The position numbers and the translations under genes were made by a program. This document shows positions 37,808-50,223 of a stretch of DNA of 64,000 bases, one piece after another (within the stretch, counting starts at the first letter, position 1; every line of letters begins with the position of its first letter). The stretch comes from Callorhinchus milii. Its lineage: Eukaryota. The stretch lies in NCBI RefSeq assembly GCF_018977255.1, contig NW_024704743.1:67830001-67894000 (forward strand), given 5' to 3'. The notes under the pieces were generated by a model. That model ran no database searches. It was not told where the DNA came from and saw only the letters and a program-made list of their open reading frames with translations.

Positions 37808-39450
37808 ACAACAACAAAATTACATTTATAGAGCGCCTTTAACGTCGGGAGGACGTCCCAAAGCGCTGAACAGTCAAGTGTCGGGGCCCGAGCATGGGAG
37901 AGAGGGGGTGGTGTAGGGGTGAGGGAAGGCAGAGAGGTTGGAGGGAGACCAAAGGCACGGTTGAAGAGAAGGGTCTTGAGACTGACCTTGAAGGAGGTAA
38001 GGGAGGAAGTAAGGTGAAGGGACCGTGGAATGGAGTTCTAGAGTATGGGGGCAGAGAGGCTGAAAGCCCGGCCACCGATGGTAGGGTGGGTCGGGCGGGA
38101 GACATGGAGCAGACCGGAGCCCGCTTAATGGAGAGAGTGGGCAGGTTTGTAGGGAGTCAGCAGGTCAGAGAGGTAGGAGGGAGCAAGGCCATGGATGGCC
38201 TTAAAGGTGAGGATGAGGATCTTGAACTCGATCCTCTGGGGGATGGGGAGCTAGTGGAGTCGGGTGAGGGTGGGGGTGATGGGGTCACGGAGCCTGGTAC
38301 ATGAGAGTACATGAGCTGCAGAGTTTTGGATGATCTGCAGCTTGTGAAGGGAAGAGTTGGGAAGGCCGATGATGAGGGAGTTCCCGTAATCCAGCCTTGA
38401 GGTGACGAATACATGGGTGAGGGTTTCGGCAGCCTGAGGGGTGAAGCAGTGGCGGAGTCTAGCAATATTGCGGAGGTGGTGGTAGGCAGTGCCAGTCATG
38501 GCGCGGATGTGGGGGAGAAAGTACAGTTCAGGGTCAAACAAGATAGCCAGGTTCCTGACTGGGACGAAGTGGAGGCAGTGTGAAAGGTAGGACCTGAACC
38601 AGTCAAGGACAGAACCTTGAAGGTTGAGGTGGGAGGAGAGGTGGTGGAGGAGGATTGAGTGGTCCACGGTGTTAAATGCGGCGGAGAGGTCGAGGAGGTC
38701 GGGTAGGATGAGGAGGCAGAGGGAGCCCTGGTCACATATGTTCAGGATGTCATTTGTGACCTTTACCAGAACAGTTTCTGTGCTGTGGGCAGCACGGAAA
38801 CCCGATTGGAGGGGTTCATGGAGGGAGGGAGAGGAGAGGAAAGAGCAAAGCTGGGAGGCAACGGCTCTCTCAAGGACATTGGATAGAAAAGCTAGATTTG
38901 AGATGGGCCAGTAGCTGGATAGCTATGATGGGTCGAGGGAAAGTTTCTTCAGGGTGGGGGTGATGGTGGCTGTTTTGAGCGGGGAAGGAAGCCAGATGAC
39001 GTGGAGAGGTTAATGATGTCGGCGAGTAGTGGGGCAAGGAGGTGGAGCTGAGATTTAAGGAGAGGGGTAGGGACGGGGTCGAGGGACCAGGTGGTGGACT
39101 TCATAGAGGTTACCACGTTGAAGACAGAGGAGGGGGTGACAGGTTCAAAGATGTGGAAGGAGGGATGGGTAATTGTCAGATGGGTAATTGTGTGGGGTGG
39201 GGGTAGGGAGGGGTTGGAAGTTGAGAGGGCAGTGGCAGTTGAGCGGATACCCTCGATTTTGGACTTGAGGAAGTCCAGCAATTTCTCGCAGTGAGAGTCA
39301 GAGGAAAGTATCTGCAAGGCATGTCGAGGGGGGCGGAAGAGCCTGTTAGTGGTGGAGAACAGGGGCCTGGGATTGCCTTTCACCTCCAGGATTAACCTGG
39401 AATAGAAGGCTGATTTGGCTGAGGCGAGAGCGGAGCGGTAGTTCTTGATG
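37808..39450 (-). mobile_element. L2 LINE, 5'-truncated ORF2 pseudogene with internal RT deletion and intact 3' tail
   Basis: Translates [35 protein letters not shown]...[17 protein letters not shown]...[22 protein letters not shown]...HAFV-like [14 protein letters not shown]...LQIIQNSAA, and PITPTL. Frameshifts and stops are present. Confidence 0.95.
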
Positions 39451-41349
39451 TTTAGTTTGGCTTGGATATTCTTAAGCATGGTTATGGGTTTCAGCAAGTG
39501 TCAGACATCCAACTGATCAAAAGAAAATGCTAAACTATGAATAATGCCTGAGCTATGGCTGGGTATCCTATATCGCCAACATACAATACAGCAGCTTTCC
39601 CATGTCTTTGTGCATAGATTTTCTTGCACAAATACAGTAGTTGGCCATTTAAGGATCCAAGAAAACAACACTCACAATCTAAACCTCATTGAGCGATATA
39701 AAAATAAATGTGTTCTATAAAGTGGTTAATATTAAAAGGAGTAAAGATGTCACCATTCCAATTAAGCTGAAGAGAAACGTTCAATATTGCTTTGAATTGC
39801 CTCACTCAAACTCCCCAAACTGCATCATGCTTTTTGTTCTTGTTTATTATGTATCCCCAAGGTCAGAAAGATGAATTATGTTAGTAATGTAAAGTTATAA
39901 AGATAAATGTCAATGATTCACAAAGTTGCTCAGTGGTATTAAGGTACAGGAGTTAATCAGACATTCAGACATAGCTTCAAAAGCAGCAAATCACTTCAGA
40001 TGAATCAGTGTGCCTTCATAACGGTCACAGGAGATTAAATAAGGAACAAAGAATCTATTGAACCTTTATCAAGCAAACACCAGCTTGTCTCACGTCCCCT
40101 GCCCGCAGCGGGTGAGCTTCAGATATTCCGTTTCCAATCTGTGAAACCCCATCCCTGTGTACCTCCACGTTCTCCCTTCAAACTTCACCTCAGTCAGGAT
40201 CTGCCTTCTATCCTGCTTTTGGCCTCCCTTCTCCTCCGCCTCCTACGCAGCTCCTGCACTGCCCCCTCAGTCAGTTGTGTGAGACACTTTGAGATATTTT
40301 TCTTGGCCTCCTGGCAAAAAAACTCCATCGATGACGTGTCCACTCAGGACTCATTGGTCTTACTGCTGGATCCACGTTTTTGCTTGTCACTGAGTTCAGA
40401 AGCTAAACATGCACAAATGGGGAACAAAAGGGATGGAGCATGTGTGGAGTATAAATACGGGCACTCACCAATTAGACCTAATAAATTGTTTCTGTGCTGC
40501 ATCATTCTATGTAATTTTATGTATGAAATTAGCCTTTTTTATTGACCTATCCAACAAGCAAATTAACACTTAGGAATTAAATTAACACTGAATTGCCTTC
40601 TTATGCGGGTTCACACTTTCAGTGAAAATCTAATTTAATCCTTGCATTTAGTATAGCACTTTTCATGTCAGGAAGACTTCTCAAAGCGCTTCACAAGATT
40701 TAATGTAAAGTGTAGCGACTGTGTATTTTGTCGGCGGATCATCTTATTCAGCGTCAGTACCTGAGCTAAAAATGAACAGTTAAAAATATAATTTTTTAAG
40801 AAAGTAGTTTTGTTTCATCTCTGGATTTTTTCCTTTTCTTCCCCTCCCCATACCATGTGCATTCTTACATATACAACAAGAGCATTATTCATTTTTCAAT
40901 TGCTCAAGGGCAGTATTACAGAATTTAAACTTCCAGGTGTGTGACACTGATAAGCAGAATCACCATGTTCACCTAATCAAATGTCAATGTCATGTGTCTC
41001 AAAAAGATGAATGGACCTCACTTCTCACAGATAATGGTCGGTGAGCAATTTGTGTGACTGAGCACAGAGAAAATGAGCTTCATTTGCTTGAGTGTGCGTG
41101 CGTTCAAAGAGTTGTGTGTCAGCTCGTTGCTAACATGTCAACTCTGACATTTCTGGCAGTTGTTTGCCCATGTGAATTAGAAGACTATTTGATGTATTGG
41201 ATAACCAGATTATGAAAGTTAATATGGAACCTTAGGTTCTGTCTCGCTCAGTTGACAACACTCTTGCCTTTGGTTCAGAGGTTTGTGGGTATACCAGAGG
41301 TTTGAGTCCCTAGACTAAGATGATAGTTTGAAACTACTTCAAAGAAAAT

Positions 41350-41715
41350 GAATAACAATAACAACAACTTGCCTTAAAAAATGACCCACATGCAGGGTAA
41401 AGTCCCAGAGTGCATGACAGTGGCAGAGCATGACGCTGAGTGAGGGGAGATGACCATAGGCACGGTCGAAGGGGAAGGTCTTTCAGGTGCGATCTGAAGG
41501 TGCGGAAGGAACGGGCAAGGCAGAGGAATGTTCCAGAGTTTCAGGGGGTAGTGGCTAAAAGTGCTGCCACTGATGGTGGAACAGAGGGTACGAGGGGCAT
41601 GCAGGAGGCCAGAGTCAGTCGAACGAAGGCAGCAGGTAGTGGGTGGGGACTAAACAGGTCAGAGAGGTAGGGAGGTGCCAGGGAATCAAGGGATTTGAAA
41701 ATGAATGTGAGGATC
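41350..41715 (-). mobile_element. L2 LINE 3' end inserted in a family A SINE (about 41230-41330 and 41715-41880)
   Basis: (AAC)n-TTGC tail and GGCACGGTCGAAGGGGAAGGTCTTTCAGGTGCGATCTGAAGG. The SINE resumes at TCTCCTGGTGTCCTGACTAACAATCCTCC. Confidence 0.8.
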
Positions 41716-43112
41716 TCCTGGTGTCCTGACTAACAATCCTCCAGATAAAATTAGTCATTCACTTCATGGCCATTTTGGGGGCATTACTGTGTGCAAATTG
41801 GCTGCCATGTTCACCTGAAATACACAGCACTTTGAGATATTCAATGATGTTATAGGTAATGTCAAATATAAGAATTATTTATTCTTGAAACTTCGTAGGA
41901 TGTTTTGCCTCAAACAAATTCACATTCTTTAAAGCAAGGGCAAGTACCAACTGAACATTTGTGTTGGGTTTACCTGTATCAAAATGGGATTACAAGTTAA
42001 TGAATTTTCTATAATGTTTCATAATAATAATAATAATTCTTACATATGATATATCACATTGTCAACTGTCTCAAAGCACTTCACTGGATTTACTGTAGAA
42101 TGTAGTGACTGTACATGTGTTGGTGAACACGCTAACCAATTTGAATGCAACAATGTCCCACAAGCAGTGATGAAGTGAACGGCCAATCTTACTTTGGAGA
42201 TTTTTGGCCAAGACATGATGATCAATGAATGATCCCAACAGTTAGTTCAAGAGCGTTGAAGTTTTGGGAACAGGTTGCCGTCCCGCTTAGTTCCTTGATT
42301 GAGAACGAGTGAATAGTCTGAGAGATTTACAAAGAAAATATAATGCATAGGAAGGTGCAAATAACAACAACGACTTGCATTTATATACCACTATTCACAA
42401 AGTGTGTTATCGCTCCATTTCCAACCAGGTCTTCCTCTCCAAGCTGGAATGAGTTATTATCTTTCAGCTTTCCTCTCCCACCATTTCCTGTACCTTCAAT
42501 TTGGCTCCCACCCCTGTGCCTCCCCCATCCACAGTATTGAGACCACCCTGTTCAAAATCAAAATGACATCCTCTTTGTCTGCGAACAGGACCACTTGGTT
42601 GCATGTTAAGTATAACAATCAAGTTGTCTAATAGAGCAAATACGTCTTCTAATTTTAGAGAATTTACAATAATCTTAGAATGAATCTTTTAAGAATATCC
42701 AAAATGTTTGATGATGATTGAATTTCTTGCAGTGAGCAATATGTTTCTGAGATCTCACGATGAATTCTTTAGCTGAGCATTGCAGTCTCGGGAACAACTA
42801 ACCTTTCCAAATGACAACAGTCAACTGAAGACTGAAGACTCACATCTGTAAATTATTCTTTGATTTCACAACTTGTATACTGAATTTCAAATATGCATTG
42901 CACTCAGCAATCATTCCTTTTAAGTCAAAATACAGCTTCCTTCTGATACAAAATGCATTGAATTCAAACAGTATGACCTTCCCTCTACAGGAATGCCTGT
43001 GTCGAACTGTTCTATTGAAAGAATATCTGTATCCTTGAACAGAAAAGCAAGAAGGTATTACACATTGAGATCATTTATCAGTATATCTCAAATTATCTGA
43101 CTACTGAAAGTA

Positions 43113-43546
43113 AATAATATTAATAATCCTTACACTTGATATAACACTTTGCATGTCAGGAAGACATCTCAAAGCGCTTTATAGGATTTACTGTAAAGGG
43201 GACTGTGTATTATGTGGGCAAATGTGGCAGACAATTTGCACACCGCAATCTCCACAAACAGCATGGAGTACGCAACCAATTTTATTTGGGAGATTGTTGG
43301 GCACATTGCAGGGAGAAACTCCCTTTTCTTTTTGAATAGTGCCATTGGAGCATCCAACTGAATGTAGATGCGACCTCGGTTTAACATCTCATCCATAGGA
43401 TGACACCTCTATCAATGCAGAACACCTCCAAAACTGCAATGGTGTGTTCAGTGTAGACTATATGGATTCCAAGTCCTGTCTTGTGGCTTGAACTCACAAC
43501 CTTCTGACTCAGAGGCAAGAGTGTTCCCAACTGAGCCCAGCTGACA
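43113..43546 (-). mobile_element. SINE family A, near full length
   Basis: Tail, Deu body (CCTCGGTTTAACATCTCATCC) and head (CCTTCTGACTCAGAGGCAAGAGTGTTCCCAACTGAGCCCAGCTGAC). Confidence 0.88.
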
Positions 43547-44892
43547 CATAAAGTTGTTGACTGAAATGATCTGTGAGAAAACTGCTTCCAAATGAATACT
43601 GAATTTCAGAATTTTTCAGAATTCTGAATGCTATTAAATTTAAAAAACAATAGTCTTAAAGCTAAGTACTTTGGGCATCTGGATTGAGTTCTCAAGTGGT
43701 CCAAAACTGAATTGCAACATTTTATTCAGATCATGCACATATCAGCCATCAGTGGTATCCTTGCTAAGTTCGATCAATGAGTTATAATAGATCTCAACTG
43801 AATAGAATAGGGAATTGTGTGGGTTACACACAGTATTCTAAGATTTATGTTTACCAAATCTAGGGTTGGTGAAGCCTGGCATTTCCCTTTGAAAGTAATT
43901 TGGACTGAAGGATTTGATGTGAACTTTCTGAGCCTGGTAAACGGTAACACGACTTGGTAAATCCCATCCACATTTTTACAACAGCTGCAATTTAAATTTA
44001 GATAGGAACCAAGAGACTTTGCTCTGAAGTGATGTATGAGGCAAGTACAATTTCTTGTCTTTTTTCTGCTGCTGCAAGTGTGGTGAAATCAGATGAACAG
44101 TAACAATATATTGCTGCCTCTGAACAATGAACTCGCCTGTCTGAAGATATTGTGTCTGGCACAAACACCAGTTTCCTCGTCGCTGCTTTGGATTGTGCTT
44201 ACACATTGCAACAGCAGGATCAATATGCATTAGCAGGATAATAACATTTTTGCATTAAGATTAGAGGCAAGTCCACTTTACTGATATATCTTACAGATAA
44301 TGATTCAAATCAGGTTTGATAAAGGACAAATATACAATCACAGGGAAGAGGATACTGTCATCAATAAAGGCACATGGCTTATATCAGATCCAATGTAACA
44401 CTCAAACAGCAGAATGTACACTGACTGGATCCAGCCAATGCTATTGATAATTCAGTACTCTTTTCTTGCTGTCCCTTGTCTTCCAGAGTTATCATTAAAC
44501 ATTTTTGATCAGACTGTGCTAGTGTCACATACAAATCGTGAATTGGATGGTTTGGAAGTAAGCAATTTATTTTTTCTTTCAGAATTACAACAGCCACCAG
44601 CTAAATACGAAAATGTCAGTTGCAGAAAGAAACTTTAGAGTGCCATTATTTCAGTTATCTGTATTCCATTATAGATTGAATGATTGTTAAAAGGGAAAAG
44701 GTATTTCTGTTACAGTTATCAGTCTACAGATTATACATGTGACATCACATCTAGATCCATCTCAGTCTCTTTACGTACTTGATATTCTGTATATGCGGGA
44801 ATCAATATCAATCTTGGATGTTATTCAGGTCTTCAGATGAGAAATGCATGGCTCTGACACAAAGGTAAGCTTCAAATTAACTTGTTTATTAC

Positions 44893-45200
<308 letters not shown>

Positions 45201-45904
45201 GGGTGAAGGACTAAGTTTCACAACCCAGGCCCCCACAAAATTTAAAAGAATGAGCTTCCAAGATCTTAAAAAGCAGTGATTATGTGACATTAAACTTGGC
45301 TTTAAACTGTAGTAGGAAGGGAATACCAATTGAGATAAGGCACTTTTAAAGTTTTAAAGCACTAGTTAAAAAATACTGGACACCTAGTGCGGTAAGTTTT
45401 AACACACAGGATACAAATAAGGAGGATGAGTTTTTCGGATTCTGTACTTTGAATTTGGGAAGAAGGAGAGAGGAACATTCAGGAGCAATAAGTGTAATAA
45501 TACAAGTAAAAAGTGAAATACAAGAAAGGATACAATGAAGAGTGGGACCAAGATTGGATGGTAATGGTGAGATTGGTATCAACTATAAGATGACAATATT
45601 GTTTTTGTTTTCCCAAATATTCAAATCCTGTAATCAAACAGTGTGTTCAAACACTGAAGTCTTCGAGACTGATAGAGAAGGTGTGTGACTTAAAGTCAAT
45701 GAGGAGAATATAAATACTCAGAAATTATTAAAAACATAAATCATAAGGCACCAGCTAAAATAAGAAAAACATAATAATAACCCTTGCATTTGATATAGCA
45801 CCTTATCACATCATCAAGACGTCTCAAAGCGCTTCACAGAATATACTGTAAAGTGGTTTTGACTGTGTGTTTAGTGGCTGAAACAAGTCAAAGATAAGAG
45901 TTTG

Positions 45905-46830
45905 ATAAACTGCCTTTACTGGAATGCACAGTGCAGAGGCAAGACTGCAGTTAAAAGCAAAGAATTAGATGCAAACGGAATAACAAAAATGTGATTAAAA
46001 CAGGTCATGATGGGCAATTAAACATTACAGCTTCAATATATTTCGTAAAGATAGGGAGGGGAATAGAAAAGTGGTAGCAGTGCTGATGAGAGATACAGTA
46101 ATAGCAGCGATACGAAGAGATATCAATTAGAAAAGGCTAAAAGACAGATTTGTTTGGATAGAGATAAAAATAAGACAAAATTAGTCAGTTTATTCAGAGT
46201 GCACAGACCACCCAACAGTCAAAACAAATAGAAGACAAATGTAGGCAAATAAAAGAGATTAACAAGAATCTTATGTGCAAAATTAACTGCCCCGTTTGTT
46301 TATAAAAATAAGTCACTCTTTAAAGTACATCCTTTGAAGCCCTCCTGATGCGAAAAACGCTACTTCAAATCAGGGATTATTATTGCTAATAATAATCCTT
46401 GCATTTGCATTGGTATAGTGCCTTATCACGTCTTTGAGACGATTTAAAGCGTTTCACAGAATATTCAGTAAAGTGAATTGACTATATTTTGTGGGTGAAA
46501 TACGGCAGCTAAATAGGAGATTGTGAACTAAATTGTGGAACTAGGCCCACAAACAATCATGGATTGAGTGGCCAAATTATTATTTTTAATTTTTTAATTT
46601 ATTTTTTTGAAGTGATTATTACCCCCGGAGAAGCGATCTGCCAATCGACTAAAATTTTATTATTATAAAATGGTAATTAGCAGGGATTTTACTTATCCAC
46701 AGATAGTTTGCCAAACAGAGGATGCTGGAAGTGAGAAGGCAATGGAGTTTTAGCAATATGTGCAGGATTCTTTTCTGCCAAGAGATGAATCATTGTTTGA
46801 ACTTGAAATAGTTATGGACAAAGAGCCAGA
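45905..46830 (+). mobile_element. CR1 ORF2 APE-endonuclease relic, interrupted by SINE fragments (about 46270-46660)
   Basis: With frameshifts it gives CLYWNAQ, DANGITKM*L (cf. DIIGITETWL), FNIFRKDREG, VWIEIK and VHRPPNS, and after the SINE, RDFTYPQI...YVQDSFL. Confidence 0.75.
46388..46652 (-). mobile_element. SINE family B long variant, head missing
   Basis: (AAT)n tail through GATTATTACCCCCGGAGAAGCGATCTGCCAATCGACTAA, matching the 12016 and 35083 copies. Confidence 0.8.
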
Positions 46831-49800
46831 ATCAGGTTACAACAACAACTTGGGTTTAAAGAGCGCCCTTCACACAGGTAGTGTCCCAGAGCACTTAGCA
46901 ACGGCACAGTCTGACCCCGAGCCAGGGTGAGAAGGGAGGGGGGAGGTGACCGTAAGCACGATCAAAAAGGAAAGTATATTCTGTGAAGCGCTTTGAGACG
47001 TCTCAAAGACGCGATAAGGGGCTGTATCAAATGCAAAGATTATTATTATTATCTTCAGATCACACCTGAAGACTTTCCACATTGATCCGTCACCTCCCCT
47101 ATCTCTCTCGCTCAGTATCAAACCACACCATTGCTACACACTCTGAGACACTACCATGTGTGAAGGGTACCATACAAATATAAGTTGTCATGATGTGTAT
47201 CTGCTTGTTTAACTGGCAAGATATAATTGTTTTATTGTACACTCAATACTCTACCTGGTGTAGCTTTTCAGGACTTTTTAAGTTATAACTGACTTGGATT
47301 GATTACATCTACTATAGGATATGGATTGCCATATTATCAAAAGCTTCAGTTGAAATATTATCAAGGACAGTATTTCTTTGGGACAGAACGTCAGAGTCCC
47401 TTAAGAACCCCATAAAGTTGAATTACTTATTTACATTGAGAAAAGATTAAATTTCTCGGGATACAAAAATAAGTATTTTTGAGTCAATACAATACATATA
47501 CGTTTCATTTCAAAATGAAATTGGTTTAAGTAATCTTAAAATAGTGAATAAAAAGTCCAATGGCTTTTTTGGTATGAATGCAAATTTTTGAATCCAACAC
47601 GTCTTTTATGTCCAGGGTATATGCTCCCCCACAGCCATTGAAGCCAAGTCAGCCAGGTATTAAACTGATTCAGTTGATAGCATTAAGTCAAGTTTGTGGG
47701 TTCAAGCCTCCCATTGTAGTTGATAGTTGAAACCCTCATACATGTGTTTGTCATCTCCCACCTGGATTACTCAAACGCACTCCGCGCCGGAATCCCCAGG
47801 GCTCTAAATTAAAACTGAATTTCAGTTTTCCACATTTTACATAGCCATTTTAGGGCAATAATCTTCAGCCTAAAACTATGCAATTCAGTGACTCCTGAAG
47901 AAAAGTGATGTACATGCGGATGGTGAACAACAACAGGAATGGAATCAGCTGTGCCATTCCCTGCAGTTAATAGCCTGCAGACAGCTAATAATTATGAGTA
48001 AAAATTCCTTGTAAAAAACCTTTTATATATTCAGAATGTCAATCTGTTTCATCTATGTGCTTTACCTTATCAGACAACAGCAGCAAAAGCAGAATGGATA
48101 CTTCTTAAGTGCACTTCTTGAAAGGCAAAATGATACCATTACTGCTGATGCAGGCAAAGCAATTGTACTGTTTTAAAGCTACTTGTGTAAATCAACATCG
48201 CTAATGCCTCCGTTCACATCATGTAACACGTTAAAGCAGTTTTTTTTCAATTCGGTAACTGTAAAAGAAATCATGGCGTAATAAAATATGCTTAAACAGC
48301 ACTGCCAAATCTCTGAAATCAGGACAGTTTGTATCAATTTGTACTCAAGAGAGATGCTACTGTATTATAACCATTTGTATGTCTATTATGTGTGGTATGT
48401 GCATGGTTATCAATTATAGATAGAATCAGTGGCAGTACATCAAACAGCACAATAGCTAAAAGGAATAATTTTTTGTTGAGGTGTGGAGCGTTGAATCTTT
48501 GTTCAACTTTTAAAATGCACACATTTTATAGCTAAGTAGTAGCTACTCAAACCACTTCTTGTTCCTTTGTACTACCAAATATTTTGAAGTATAAACTACA
48601 TGGTGGTCGTGGTAAAGTTAAACTGTTATACTTTTCTATATAATAATGCTGATATTAAAGGACTATCTTCGGGCTGGGGAGGCGGATTGGGTAAATAGGG
48701 TGTGTTCCAACAGGGAGATAGTGTTCATTCTATTCCCAAACACTGGGACATTTCTATGTGTAGGCAGCATAGCTTTGTGGAACTCTCAGTCTGGTTTGGA
48801 TACTGTTAAGCATGATATTTGTTTCTGGATTTGTCAGACAGCAGGTTGACCCCACGCCCCCCAAAATAAAAAAAATATAGAGGGTTAATTCAAGCAATAA
48901 AAAACTCTATTCCAAAATTGCACAGCCTAGTACAAAGGCTGTGGGATTTGGGAATAGAGTTTTACTATCAGGTTTGGTAGAGATAATATTTCTATAATGC
49001 TGTAGCCCTGACACTTCCATTGACTTGTTCTGGTTTAAAGGGAGTGAAAGCCAAGGCTGAGCTAATCATTTGCTGAAACTAAAGGAACTGTGTACCCACT
49101 GGGCTAAGCATTAAACTAATTCTCAGGAAGTGCTGACACAGCTGATAAATTTATTGGCCTGGTCTGCGATAATGAAATTAATACACACTGACTGCCAGGA
49201 TTGGGAAATTCGCTGACAAGCAATGAATAATACAGTTCAACAACAACAACTTGAATTTATATAGCACCCTACACGCAGGATAGTGTTTCAGAGCAAGTAC
49301 AATCTTGGTGCCAAGGTTGGTCAATTTACCAACAAGCAAAGAATTTCCCCTATTTTACCACAAATTTACAATTTCTGGTTTTGTGTCTTATTGAACTAGA
49401 AGAGTAAAATGCACAATTTTTTTCTAACATTTAGCCATTTTCACTTATTTAATTTCTCCTGCAATTCATCAAATGGCACACCCCCATCAGCCTCTGCCAA
49501 AGTGGTTTATCATTCATTGATAGTTGAAAATACTTTTATTCTATTATGTGTTTATAATGGGATTTTCATTGGTACAGGTGTGATCGTGCGCGGGGGAAGT
49601 GGGCACAGTTGTTGCTGGATTTAGTTAAAGATTACCTAGTTCTTTATATAAATCTGTTCATTTGTTACATTTCTTTTGACTTTCTTTCAATGTCTATCTT
49701 TTGGATCAATTTAGCTTTTTACGTTCACCATTATCTCTTCTATTGTCTCTCACTCCTGGAAAAGAGTATTGTGGTTCTTCCGATAGCCAATGTTAAAGTA

Positions 49801-49898
49801 AATAAAATAGTGAATTAACTCTTTGGCATTCTCAATCTCCTAAACAGAATTCTGTACCAAATAGCTGTCTCATTTACTCTTGAATTTAAATCTCCCAT

Positions 49899-50223
49899 AT
49901 AATAATAATAATAATAATAATCCTTGCATTTGATATAGCGCTTTTCACGTCGGGAGGACGTCCCAAAGCGCTTCACAGAATATACTGTAAAGTGAATTGA
50001 CTGTATATTTGTGGGCGAACGCGGCAGCCAATTGCGCACAGCAATGTCCCACAAACAGTCGTAGATTGAAAATGACCAATTTATTATTGTTTTGGGTTTT
50101 TGGAGGGATTATTATTAGGCGTGTGGAGTAAGGAAACTTGCCCAAGGTTTCGCCCTGCCTGGAATTGAACCCAGGTGTCTTGCTTGCAAAGCAAGTGCTC
50201 TAACCACTGAGCTACAGGACTCC
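49899..50223 (-). mobile_element. SINE family B short variant, full length, young
   Basis: Exact reverse complement of 51596-51920. CpGs are largely retained. Confidence 0.95.
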
